Counted from the stretch's first letter, positions 1 to 12,476 are shown. The stretch is DNA of 56,166 nt from Ancylonema sp. (GCA_050230475.1 JBFLGF010000040.1:62001-118166), one strand, 5' to 3'. Translations and numbers: made by a program. Notes: generated from the letters alone by a model not told the origin.

Positions 1-2354
1 TAGTCTGGCCCTTGACCTCGTCCGCTGGCAATGGGTGCAGATGTTGGAAGCGAAGGGCCTGCTGGTACCGGCTGTGGCGGTTGTCTCATGAATGGAGTAG
101 GTGAAGGCCCGACATCAAATGATTCCGGAGTAGATTGCAAAGGACTGATCAAAGGTTGTCTAGCCAGGCGCTCTCCAAAACGGCTGGTACTGCCTGCATC
201 CGCCTCCACTGCCACTGGTTCCTTCAAGGCTGCATCCCACACCACGCGTGATCCAGCTGCTTCCCTTGCTGCGACTCTTGCTGATCGACGAAGGGCTGCT
301 TCGTCTGCAGCATGCTGGTCATTGAGGATGGAGGGGGGAGGCTTGCACTGAAACGGTTGCAGGTGACTTCCAAGCGGGTCCAACCCAAGGCTTTGAGGCT
401 CGGGGTGGACACCAATTACTCGGGCCCTGTTTTCAGCTCGCGGCGCCAACGCACGCACCTCGTTCTTGGTAAGTGTTGTCTGGTCTTCCGGTATCTCTTG
501 TTGTTGTTGCAGACGGACTTCACGGCAGCGACCCATCGCCGCATCAGAGGTAGTACTCCATTCGTCTAGGAGAGAGAGGGGAGTCTGGCGCTGAAACGGC
601 TGCAAGTGACTTCCAGGCAAGACCAACCCAAGGCTTTGAGGCTCGGAGTGGACACCAATTACCCGGGCCCTGTTTTTAGCCCGCGGCGCCAGCCCACGCA
701 CCTCGTCCACTATTGATGTCATCTAGACTCCTTGCATGCCTGGCTGTTCATCCAGGTAGTAGCCATACCCGGCGTTCTTGAATGATACCTGATCCTCTGC
801 ATGGAACTGCGGCTGCTCGTTGCTGGTGACAGGCTGCTCCGATTGCAGATAAAAGATCCCTTCCTGCGGTGGCACCTCATTCTGCTGAAGGTGTTGTCCT
901 GGCGTGTAGGCAGGATAGGGGACGGGAGAAGGATTTGGTGGCAGCCCACGCGTCTTGGTCAAGCAGTGCGCCTCCGTGTGATGCTGCCGCTTGCAGTAGT
1001 TGCATGAAGCTCGAGGCGGCCGATCCTGGTCGGTGATCTGGTATCGTGGTCGCGAGGGTCCAGCACTGGCATCCGGAGCTGTAGAAGGCTGCCCCGACTA
1101 CTGACTCTTCCCTCTAGGTGACGGCTGCTACAATGGTGGCTGGGTGCTAGGTTGTCCTGCTAGCACACCCGTCTGTTTGTAAGGGCAGCTGGCTCGCATG
1201 TGTCCTGGCTGGCCGCAGATGTGGCACGTCCTAGTATCTGGTGGAGGCGTGTAGACGCCAAGAAGAACAGGGGCAGGGGTCTGGTAGACAGGAAGGAAGG
1301 GAGAAGGAAGAGGAATCTGGCGCGGAGGCGGCTGCAGGTGCTTTCCAAGTGGAGTCAATGACAGGCCGAGGTTCCTATATTGAGCTCCCACTTCCTGAGT
1401 CCTGTTTTCGGCTCGCTGCGCCATGTCGCAAACTTCTTCTCGAGTCATCGGAGGTAGTCTCGGATCTTGCTCCCATCGACGCTTCTGCTCTGCATTGTAG
1501 TCTAGCGTGATGATGGTTTTCGTCGGTTTTGGCAGGAAATGATAGAAGCGGAGAGCGTTGTCTGCACGTGTAGTCATACCGCCCGCTTCGGTGGCTGATG
1601 CTGGCTCGTCCACTCGTACAAACAAGGTGTGAACGGAGTCGCCAGCTTCTGGCCTCAGGTTCAGCAGCTTTGCGTAGGCTTCACCGCAGTTGGTTTGGAA
1701 TCGTCGGCGTAGAGCTCGAAAGAAATCGCTGATGTCGTCGGGCTCAGGAGCTGGCACTGCTGGTTTATGCGCCCGATCCGCCTCCATCCAATCAGCTCTA
1801 TAGTAGTTGCGGAAACCAGCTCGCGCAGTAGCCCGCGCTTGAGCGACCGCACGCTTAGGCTCGGCTGCTGGAATATTCTGAGCGTCCAGTAGGAACTGGT
1901 CTAGGATGGGAAGCGCGTCTGCTCCCATAAAGTTCCGCAAGTCCATATCCAAAAACTCCAGTTGCCCGTAGCCCTCCATAGATTGTAGCACTCGATCCTT
2001 CCGCAGACACATGCGCGTGAAATGTGTGCGATGTGTGAAGAAAGACTCTTGCTGCTTCCCCAGCTCCCCATTGTATTTGGGAATTACTGGCTCCGACATC
2101 CCGTCGTCGTCGTCGTCCGCTGACGAGAAATTGACAGCTGACGTCGCCGAAGAGAGAGAAGGAGAATCAGGAGAAAATGGAGCGCGTCGCAAGTTGCGAA
2201 GAGACTCGTTCAAGGCTTCAAAGTCGAGCTAGTAATTCCTACCCAGCTCTTCTGATAATTCTGACTCAGGGGAATGATAACCCCTTTGAATGCTTTCCGG
2301 TGAATTCCGGATTAACCTCCCATAATTGGGACTTCTATTGCGTGACCAGGACAT
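1..2354 (-). pseudogene. Retrotransposon gag-like ORF (Ty3/gypsy-like or related), decayed, runs off the left edge
   Basis: One reading frame from ATG 2354 to position 1, interrupted only by four TAG codons (2229-2231, 1128-1130, 1098-1100, 723-725). It encodes two CX2CX4HX4C zinc knuckles (CHICGQPGHMRASC and CNYCKRQHHTEAHC) and Pro-rich linkers. No pol domain lies in the window, so the superfamily is uncertain. Confidence 0.75.
348..708 (-). repeat. Direct repeat of ~120 bp (348-466 and 590-708) within the gag-like frame
   Basis: Both copies contain ccaacccaaggctttgaggctcgg.gtggacaccaattac.cgggccctgtttt. They translate in the gag frame as EVRALAPRAENRARVIGVHPEPQSLGLDPLGSHLQPFQ and EVRGLAPRAKNRARVIGVHSEPQSLGLVLPGSHLQPFQ. 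Confidence 0.9.
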
Positions 2355-3084
2355 TCATGGCCAAGCAGGACCATTGGAGCATCCGATCCGCGTGGTTCGA
2401 CTTTCCGACAACAACTATCCAAAGCAAGGTAAGCTCTGGGTGCCGAAAATGCGAAGCGTAACTAGTGCACAAGCAGGCTCAGAGGTGTTCCAGCTACAAC
2501 AGAAAAACAGATCGCGCAAAGAAAACACGATTTGCACGTACACAAGATATTGAATTAAGTCCGGGAAATATTGTCGGAAAGTGAATACAAGAGTCAACCC
2601 TAGACGTATAAAAGTGGAGCACCAACCCACTCGAAGAGTGGCGGCTGGACCAAAAGTCTAACTGACGGTGATGAACTAGTGGCCGTTCAATCCCGATCGT
2701 CCACTCAAAAAATGGCTATTGGAACCCCTAACTCAATGATTGGTCAAGTAAGCGGGGGCGCCAATCATGCTCAAGCCTAAGAAGATCCGCAGAAGCTTCC
2801 CATTCACCTTACTCCTTCTGGGGCGTACCGAACTCTCTACTCCGTTATAACGACACAAAAGTCTGAAAGCCTGAATATACTGACTCGTTCCTACACAACG
2901 GTGCCTGGCACGCGTTACAACGACACGCTATACACTACGACGGTGTGCCTTGCCTCCACACATTGAACATGTTTTTTTTGTCCATTGAGTTCATTGCATG
3001 TCTAAGAAAACATATAATTACTTTGTTTCTTCGTACTCTTGACACTTATCCGACCCTCCACTCTCCGTATTTTCGATCCTAATA

Positions 3085-3355
3085 CCGTACTGGGCACCGT
3101 AAATGATTTTTACTTAATTATTGAAACCCGAAATCAATCATTTATATTAATACCTATGAGATCGGAATCATCAACCAAAAATCATTGATATTGATACCAC
3201 TTTTGGATTTGTTTTAAATTTTGTATGTAGGTTTCAAGAAATCATTGCTAACAATCATCAATAATAACTACCGGATTCCTGGAATCTTTCTGACAAATCA
3301 TTAACAAATTAGTCCGTTTTGAAAAAAAAAAAATCATTTACGGTGCCTAGTACGG
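3085..3355. mobile_element. TA-flanked MITE (Tc1/mariner-type), copy 1
   Basis: TIR CCGTACTGGGCACCGTAAATGATTTT ... AAAATCATTTACGGTGCCTAGTACGG, flanked by TA at 3083-3084 and 3356-3357. AT-rich non-coding interior. Related copy at 51902-52159. Confidence 0.85.
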
Positions 3356-3968
3356 TATGTTTGGATATGATTTGCTAGTTGCCATAAACTGGTGGTCTCA
3401 TAACGCACATGTCTAGCTCGAGTCACAACACAAGTGCTAAATTGGATGATGATCCTAGGGCAACTTATTAGTGTCGACATGAAAGAAGACTCTGGATACG
3501 TATGGCTATCATTTTGATTCATATACGAAGTCTCTCAATACAACGACAATTAATTCGAAATCTACTAATACATATCGATACGAATGTGCAGCAACAACTC
3601 CACAAGCGCCGGTAAGATATTTTATTATTCCCCAGATTTATCCCGAGGGGTTTTCAACATGTGTCATACCTAGCTAGACTAAAGTGAACTCCAGTGTGTG
3701 ATAATGTCACCTCTTGTACACATCCCATGTTGCCCTTGAGGCTCCATTGAGGGCATTAAGACATTGTTGTAGCATTAAATGACTAGCAACGTGTAGCAAT
3801 TGCAATTTTTCATTATTACCATTTTCCCAAGGGAACGAAATATGTGCAATGGTTTCTCAATGTTTAAATAAAGCGACAGCACCTATTCCTCGACTTCTTC
3901 ATTTTGGGACATCAAGGTTTCATATCATCACCTCAAAGGAAAACAACGGGTCAAACATGTGAATTGTC

Positions 3969-3999
<31 letters not shown>

Positions 4000-5184
4000 A
4001 AATTGAAGACTGCTAGACCTGCAACACATGATCAACACTCGCGTTAAAAACACTACTATGTATATTTTCTTCCAAGGTAAGAAAGACGATGAAATGTCTG
4101 TTGGAATGCGCACTCTCGAATATTTATCTCTAGTAATTATATGTTATCCGCTTATGAAAACAAAGACACTCTTGCATTAGCCCTTCTTTAGAACTTAAGT
4201 ATCAAAACTCAAACTAATTGTTAAGATTCGTCCATTTCCCAAAATAGATATGCCCCCCCCCCCAATCTACAACACAAATGACACTCACATGGTAACCTAG
4301 TCGTGCCACCAAACCTTCTTTTCTACAATCTACATTTTAAAACACAGTTGGGGGAATGCCAAGGAACAAACAAGTCCACCTTCGACCACCTAAATGCGGG
4401 CATTTGAGTTTGCCTGTAGGCGATGACGTATCCATGCTACTCACAAATAATAAAGGAATAACAACAACCAGTTTTCCAACCAATAAATCCCGAACCACAA
4501 GTTCTCTCAGGCGGACTCGGAATCAACGATGCCACCAGACTTCTTCTTCTTCAGTAAACCTCCTCAGCCTGCCACCACACGTCCAATACATACTGTCATA
4601 TGCAAGCCATTCCTAAGTATAATCGAGACGACAATTGAAATGGTGGAAAGTACATCACTATTGTGTAGTCAAGAGTTTTATTTGCGAACGGGCATTTGTG
4701 ACGCAGTCTCGAGGTAAAGCTTCAGCATGGTCTACCAATTGGCACAACGTCTCCAGTCCCCTCGAGAAAAATGCAGACATGTAACCACAAAAAGGAGCCC
4801 AAAACTGACTTGGCCGCTCAAGAGAAAGAATTGTTTCAATGATTACACCTCTTTTGTTTGAGCCCTAATCAAAATCAGAAAAAAAACTAGAAAACACAAT
4901 ATGTTGGTTACTAAGTTGAAAGCACACGTACAAACTACACACACCATGATTTCATAAAGAGTCTTGTATTTCCGAAGTACATATGCAAACGAATTGCAAG
5001 GCTCTATGTGATAGTTAGCGTTGCACATGCTTGTCAAACAATCACCTCTCCCTATGTAACGATAAATAGACATAACCCACTCTTTTCCTCTGGTTCCCGC
5101 TTCCACATAGTCACTAATGTCTTCCTTACGACCCTTCACCGAAACGTAATCGAATTACAAACTCTTCAACAATGATTCGCTCAC

Positions 5185-7985
5185 CTTGACACAAACATAC
5201 ACATAGTGAATGTCTCCCTGGTCCCAGTGCAGGTCAGGACCCATATTCCCACCCTCATCCACCTCCACGGGCTCCTCAACAAGTTCCTTCACCCTCTCTT
5301 CTGATAACCTGGTCTCCTCTGGGCGTGCTGGACAGGGGCCAAATGATTCACATCTGCTACTGTTAGTGAGGGCAGACGGAGAGTGAGACAATTCAGCGAG
5401 TGTGTAAGGTACCTGATGCAACAATGATATACAATGAAATAATTTATCTTGTCCACAAAACCTTGACATTCTCCTTGCTAACAGAGGCGGACAGAGAACG
5501 TAAGACTTCCTGTCAAATCTCGTTATGAGCTTCCTGCGATCAGTTAGAATAATGTATGCACACAAATTGGTGCACATTCAAGAGTAGGACGTGACCAGCA
5601 TCGGGCTAAATATAGGACCAGAAGCAATTATCTTGTTTCTTGAGTGAATCAACAAAAATTCGAGGGACCCTGATGCACAACATGATAGGGTTTTGAGGAC
5701 ATCTGTGACTTGAAAAAACTGAAGCAAGTCTGTAACCTTCCACAATCCAAGCCAGTCACCACTCTTGGCCATTCTTGGCTTACAAGATGAAGACAGTTTA
5801 TTGAAAGGATGTGTCACTCACGCATGACGTGGATCTTGACGTCCCATTTATACTGCTCTCGCTGCAAGTGGGGCTTTCTTAGCCGTGGATCTCCGTAGGT
5901 GATCTGCACCAATCACCATCTTGTCTTCAGGCTCATTCCCGCGCCCTTGCTCTAAAATTTCAGGTGCACTTGTGAAATCAGTCATGCCACATGTCTTCCT
6001 TGCCGAAATGGCAGATGAAAGGATTAGAATGCAGTTTCAGTGCAAGGAAGACTACGCAGGCTGACAAGAAAAAATACCAAGCACAGATCGCATCTACAGC
6101 GTTGATCTCAATCTCCAACGAACGATTTGTATGGACAAATGTGTGCAAAGTGCGACAGCATATGCTTACCATCATGTACACTCCCCCAGGTCGTAGGACT
6201 CTGCAACAGCAAGGATGAAACCTTGAGAATTACTATTTACTGAGATGAACCCAGAAGTATTACTGCAAGAGTATGCACGGATCTGCATGCAAGGATCACT
6301 ATAGCTGCGAGGAGGAGAGCCGTATATATACCTCTAACAAAGCACATTGGAGTTCTGGCTGACGTTCTGAGAAATGACTGATTCACATCCACACCCTCAA
6401 TAGAGCTGACCATCCAAGCAAGAAAAGACCAGCAATGCAGAAGCGATAGCACAATCGATTAATCTTAAAACGTTTCAGTCGACCTTCACACCTGCTCATC
6501 TCTGTCAGCATTCTCTTTGCATTTGTTGCAGCGTCATCCCCGCACTGGCACCCACCACAATAAGCACTTCTATAATGTCATGTTGCATGCACACCAGCGA
6601 TTGGTATGCACTTGATAAAACCAAAGTCAACTCTGGCAAGGATGCAAACAAAGTTACTTCAACAGATACCACACATGCTGAGGCCATGACGTACGACGAA
6701 GCCTGCTGATTGGCTACGAACTTCAGAACAAGACTTCACAACAATCCACAGACGGTTACTGGATTTACCATCAATGAGTCCAGCGTCCCTGCACAAACAA
6801 GAAAAACCTCTGGTCAGACACTATCCCACTAGGATGCAGTTTGTTCCATTGAGGCCCCTCAGCTATCATTGGTCTAAAAATACAAACGACTCATTGGTTC
6901 ACCACGACTTCATTATTTTCATCCAAGATGGATACACAAAAAAAAGGAGAACGAAAATGAAGTCTAAACAATTTTCACTTCATATTAGTATGCAAATCTA
7001 ATGCCAGTCGGCGTGTAAAACCGGCATGAAGAGAACAAATTCCAGAGATTTTAAACAAAAGACTCCATTTTTTGAAGCTCTCACCCTTGTCAATGATGGC
7101 ATCATACAGGTTGTCCTCAAACTTCAGTGCTCTCACATCCATTGTCTGCCCTGCAGCCGGCATTTCAAAAGATTATCCACAACAGCATTAGGAACTCGTA
7201 TAGTGTGTCAGCCGCAAAAGCTGCTGCTACCAAGCTTTAGACGAAATCTGGAGACAGAACCAAAGAGGACGAGCACTGAAAATTAAATCTTGTGATTGCG
7301 TCAGACGCCAGACTACATACAAACTCCACTTGTGCAATTATTCTGAAAAATGTACGTGTGCCATCGCTGCTACCACATTCACCGCATATTTTTTCGTTTT
7401 GGGACAAAGTGCCACGTGGTGTAACGATACATTTTAGTTCCTGAAGTTTCTTGTACTTCTCGGCCATCGAGTCGATCACGAATGGAGAGATATCAACGTT
7501 GTAGATGTCCTTGTATCCGTCCTGAACCATTTCTGCCGAGAGAGCTGCGAAGCCGCGGAAAGGAGAATTTTAGGTGAATTTTTACAATGGCTTTCGATCT
7601 CTTGAATCATTGAACGCTCTTTCATCCACTTAGTTATTGAGAAAGCGCAGGTGACATCTGATTGGAATTTTCAGAATAAAGAATCGAAAGTATATACTTA
7701 TTTCCTGGATTTTGAAGGAGTGCGGAACACTAAGACTGACGCCCAACTCAGCGGAAGCTGTCTAGTTGTGAATTAGACCAAGCTACCTGAGTTTCCGCAC
7801 CCAATCATTAGAATCTTCTTCCTCTTCGGAATGTACTTGTCGAATATGTTTGCGAGAGCCGGGTAGCGCTGGTACCAGTCAAAGATCTGGAACTTTCCTT
7901 CTTCCCTATCTCTGTTTTCCCAGTATGCTTCTTCGCCATACAAAGTGGAAGCAGGGGGGTCAGAAGGGATATCTGACATCACCAT
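5185..7985 (-). CDS. Class I SAM-dependent methyltransferase, EEF1AKMT4/METTL13 N-terminal-like; final exon unresolved
   Basis: Phase-consistent GT-AG exons 7985-7787, 7544-7431, 7150-7085, 6788-6769, 6544-6492, 6200-6170, 5903-5822, 5327-5185. They give YG..YW..R, FDWYQRY, ILMIGCGNS (motif I), NVDIS, WQTMDVR, DAIIDKGTLDSLMCG, EMSRVLRPGGVYMMITYGDP and HYVYVCVK. The terminal exon may lie near 4760 or 4568. Confidence 0.9.
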
Positions 7986-9044
7986 GACGTTGTAACTCTG
8001 TAAACTTCAGCTTCAGGGGCGCAGACAATTGCCAGCTATGGGCGCACACATGTATTAGGTGAATCAGAGGGCTATCGCTGCCTCCTTGGGACTCGTAGCA
8101 CCCGTACGAACCTTTTCAAGGACGTGGACAGCAGCTTTTTCCCCGACGTCCCGCTATCCGTACGCCGTTGTATGAGATGGCCGCGTCTAGGGTGCAGGGA
8201 GCCCAAGCATATGCTCTGGAGCCCGGACCCCAAGCCTCATGATCTCGGAGCCCGGAGCCCTAATTGAGCCCAAATGAGCTAGGGTTGAACTAGGGTTGAA
8301 GAACTACAGAACTACAGAATGTTTACTTCGGAGAAAATGCCATCTTTCCTATCCTCCGCCCCCCTCCCCAAAAGTTTCGAGCGGGTGGGAGGATGAACGG
8401 CATCAATAAACAATTTGATCAAGGCCATCAATATCCTTGCACGACCGTTTACTTGGACACGCTACTTTCCCCTCCAGGTTGTTGACCGTACTCTCCTATT
8501 TCATAATTCATCCACGTTTGTGCTTGTAGACTAGGAAATAAGCGCCAATGTTCAGAAAAAATGCGGCGATGGATTACATTATAAAATGACCAAGCAATTA
8601 GCGATGCTTCCATTCGTTCTCTCTTTGTTTGTCACCTCGACTTTGAGTTTAAAAATATTTGAGACACAGATTGATAAATTCTCGCTCCAAGTTTTCAAAG
8701 TATACCATACGCTCAAATAGGTGTTGGGAAAACAAAACGTTTTTCTTCACCAAAATGATGCATTAGATCAAACATCCAGAGTATAGTGAATGTGGTTGCA
8801 AATAGGCTCTTTCAAACGTGGTGAGTCCCGTTTTGTCTGATCAGTTTGATGTTACGCTTGAAACACATCAACCCGTTGGATTAAGTTTTTAGGGGCACGA
8901 TCGTGTTCAAACCTGGCAAAGGACCCAAAAAAACATGTCTTTCTTAGCAATTTAGAAGTTGAAGTGTGACCCCGAATTAGGGGTTTTAAATTGATAACCC
9001 CCAGAGATCAATGTAGGGCCTAATTTTCCATCGCTGCGTGGGGC

Positions 9045-10371
9045 TTGTTTCCTACCGCCATCCCGCTTTTCAACCGTCCGCCCGCCTGCCAGGCTGTGGC
9101 GGGTGGGCGTGTAAATGGGCAATACGATTCAATGCTACCAAGTCAGGGTGTTTGGGTCTGGGCACTTCACTGCGACCATCATTTACATCGAATGAAGCTG
9201 GAAGTCGCAGGTCGGGCTCCATCGGCCATGCGTGCGCTGACTTGCGCTTTTCAGGGTGACGTGAACAGCCCTGAAGCACTGGAACACCTTTTCTTTTGTG
9301 CTTTTCCGCACGAACCAACACGTGTCGACTTGCTGTCCCACGCCTTCCGTCGGTTCACACCGGCAACGCTGCTATACATTCCCGAGGAGAATGTATGCAA
9401 GTTTCTTCAGGTGATGGCCCCCGAATGTGTGCTCTTGGAAAACCTAGAAGCAGACTTCCGCCGTGTGAGGACTGTTTTTACAGGTGAGCGAGACTAATTG
9501 CGTTGCTATCTTCTCACCCGGGCGGAACCATGACTCTCATCTGGCTGCAGAAACATCTGAAGAAGCAAGGATCAATTACCTCCAGCCATGGGAACCCGCA
9601 GGTACGGTTATTGAACCCACGGAGCAGTGCAGGTCACAGGCGGGAAATCGACCGGCTTATATGAAGGAGTACCGATTCTGGCTTTGATTGTGCGGCTTGG
9701 ATCTTGGGGCGCCGTAAAGAGAGCTCAGCGCCTAACCCCGTTAATGCGGGGTGTTGATTTTAGATGTCAACGAACTCTTCAAACCTTTTGTCCCGGCCCG
9801 TTTTCTGGAGGGGTTTGTGACTCTCTTTGCTGGGCAGACAAGATATGAGTTCTGGATGTCCATGCTCACAGAGATTGCAGATTGGTTGAAGGAGGCGAAC
9901 CAAAAGTTGTCGCAGGCACAATGGAAGGTGCAGATGGAGGCTGGAGACCTGAAATGGATTCTGCTGGCGGCTCTCACAGCCCTCCGAGGTGAGAACTCGT
10001 CTCCTCGCGGCAATGTTCCTGTGCTTAAACGCACCTCCATGGCTTTTCCCAGAAACATCGCCCCAGTTGTACTGATCGGTTGCATCCTCTGGAATTGCAG
10101 GAGTTCTCATCAGAAATGGTGAGCACCGCAGCCATGAAGCCATGAGGCCATGAGGCCGCCTCGACACCTGAACAGGGACGACTTGGGAAACGCGGCTTGG
10201 TCAAGAACACATTATTGGCATGTCATGAGTCTCTGGCAGACGTCTGTACCCTCTGCCGCGTGAGCTGACAGTGAAGAGGTCGATTGTGCAGAGGATAAAT
10301 TATTGTTCACTCTGAGGTGGACACGCAGGCGCCTGCGTGCAAAGAGGGAATTTGATGAGTGGCAGAGAACG
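9045..10371 (+). other. Putative spliced gene or pseudogene of unknown function
   Basis: GC-richer open blocks bounded by canonical splice signals: tttcag|9255..9484|gtgagc, ttttag|9764..9988|gtgaga, gtgcag|~10292..10371|gtaggc. I could not assemble one uninterrupted model and recognised no family. Confidence 0.3.
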
Positions 10372-11725
10372 GTAGGCTGCTATATGAGTAGGGTGGCCGT
10401 GTAGGAGTCTGCAGGTTTTGTCAAACAAGCGGGAGATATGTGAGAGCGCAGGGTTTATCGGATGAGCCTTACGTGACCGGTTGATTTCTTGGTCGCAGAT
10501 ATCCTGGTGGTATTGCTGTCTATTTCTACCCGAGTATCGTGCTCCTACTTTTCCATGGGATGACTCGAGCTCGGGCCCGAGGGACGAGACAGGTAGAGTT
10601 TTTGTTGGAATAAATTAACTGGATCCTGTTCAACTTGTGGAACGTACATTGTTGGGTCCATGCCGTGGGTCACGTCAGCTTTTAGGGTTCAGCTCTTTCG
10701 TTCACATCACATTTTTTGCTTGTCGATCTCTTGGGATTAAGAGAACAATACTCTTGCTGTGTGTCGGAGCACAATAAAAATGAGTTTTGTTACGTGGTTG
10801 TCAGTGGGGTTGTGTGGGTAGAAGCGACAAGGCTACACACGTGGGGGTTATTCTGCTACTATTGTGAAAAGATTCCAGAAACGGTTTCCGGTCGTGTTTT
10901 TCGGGTTGGTCCACCGTCTCGAAAGCGTACCAATGCAATGGGGAAGGGAGACCGATCTGTGAAGCTCTCGTCAACAGTCTCCAGCTCCTCTCCTCCTGTC
11001 GCCCATTCTGAACAGGTGGGTTGGCCACTGGTCCCACCATGCCATCTACAGATACACTGATGCTGCCTTGCTGTGCGTGGCACACTACGGTAAAACCTGT
11101 CTTCATGAAAACTGTCGGGATCGGAAGAAGAAAAGTAATTAAGATAGGTTATTGATTTGCACAGTGTTTACTAGGACAGGTGTCACTGTATTATGGCTTG
11201 GAAAAATAATGGGGAACTTTGTTGCGACTGTGTGCTTTCACAGCCACGGGGGATTGGCCACGAATCTCCGTCGGAAGGTACGAGGGATGGGGCGCATGAC
11301 GCAGAGGCGCCAGCTGTGCGGAAGGAATGTGCACAGACTTGAAAGGCAAAGTTTGCCCACGATTTGAAAAGTAAAGTTTTTTTCTTTTCTTCAAAAATCG
11401 ATACTTTAGAAAGGGAGTGAGTTCCCAGGGAGGGGGTGTTGAATTTGAACTGGGAACTATGTTTGTCGATAACTGTTGATGTTCTGTCGTTATATCGATT
11501 TATGAGAAGCGTCAATTTAGCGAAATGTTTCATGATGGTATTTCTTCTTTCGGCAAGTGTCGATTTGTTATATCGAATCAGCGTTGTTAGTTTGATATGT
11601 TTTGTCATTAACACTCTTAGCCACGTGTCGACGACATTTGGTGAGGTGTCAATAAGATCAAGGTTTTGTGAGGAGTGGAATATAATGGGACTCCTAGCAA
11701 ACTAGTTGCAAGCGCACACACAAAG

Positions 11726-11910
11726 CAATGGCGAAATGGGCCGATAGGAGGGAGGCTAATGAGCTGATGGTCAAACTTGGTTTGGTTGATATGGAAGGCA
11801 CAACAAGGTGCAAATACATGAGTTGATAGGACTGCTCTAAAGGGATTCCTATGGACTAGATATAGTGAAAGTCGACTCCCACAAAGCTAATCAAGATGTG
11901 GGATAACTAA
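11726..11910. repeat. Dispersed non-coding repeat, diverged copy of ~26928-27110
   Basis: Shared blocks in the same order: caatggcgaaatg, aatgagc.gatggt, ggttgatatgg, acaaggtgcaa.tacatgagttgatagga.tgctcta, ctagatatag, gtgggataa. Confidence 0.8.
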
Positions 11911-12476
11911 AACTCGTGGGATGGAAGAATGCCAGCCGTAGTCTGAGCAGTGGACCCCACCCCGTCTACTACCACAATCCTGAGGACGGGGAGGACCACG
12001 GGCACCGTGGCCAAGAGGCCGCCACTTGGCACGGGACGTGAGAGTAGGGTGACGAAGAAGAGTTTTGCACCAACACGTGGGTGCCGTTTGCATACAGTTG
12101 TTTGCATACGGCCCATAAATTATCCTTGTCAGCTAGTCTTCTATACGGCTAGTTTTTTTATTTTTATTTTATTTTTTTGTTTTTTTGTTTTTTTGTTTTC
12201 AAGTTATTATTATTGTGCTATAAATTTTCGGCCCGAAAAAAATGATGAGTCAATTTTTTTGACGTTTTTATTGTCATTTATATCCATGTATTGTATTTGA
12301 AAGTGATTATAACCATTAATTCATATCTGAAAGATTTTGAGCATTAATGAGAAATAAGTCTTCGTATTTCATACTTCACCCTCTTTTCATTCAATTTCCA
12401 TCCTCTTCATTCCATTTTTTCTGTCCAATTTTCTCATGCTTGGTGTGACAATAGATACAAAGTCAAGCACCTATAC

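Noticed and set aside
723..2231. TAG reassigned to Gln (non-standard genetic code) as the explanation for the gag stops
   Set aside because: The MscS, DUF726 and both p24 genes end at TAG, the p24 genes at the expected C-terminal position, and none of the host exons I translated contains an in-frame TAG.
2750..2960. Possible 5' LTR (TGTGGAGG...) and PBS (TGGCGCCC) of the gag element on the minus strand
   Set aside because: Only 8 bases resemble a tRNA-Lys-type PBS, and there is no second LTR in the window to confirm boundaries.
8279..8300. Telomere-like tagggttgaac duplicate and scattered ttagggtt words
   Set aside because: At most two copies with no array; compatible with chance or telo-box motifs.
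10131..10157. gccatgaa-gccatgag-gccatgag triplication as a hAT excision footprint
   Set aside because: Similar 6-8 bp triplications occur throughout the window (for example 36655, 41705, 46706), so replication slippage is the simpler explanation.
11726..11790. Hammerhead ribozyme / retrozyme core
   Set aside because: It has cgaaa and ctgatgg but not the CUGANGA core with compatible stems, and the second copy reads ccgatgg.
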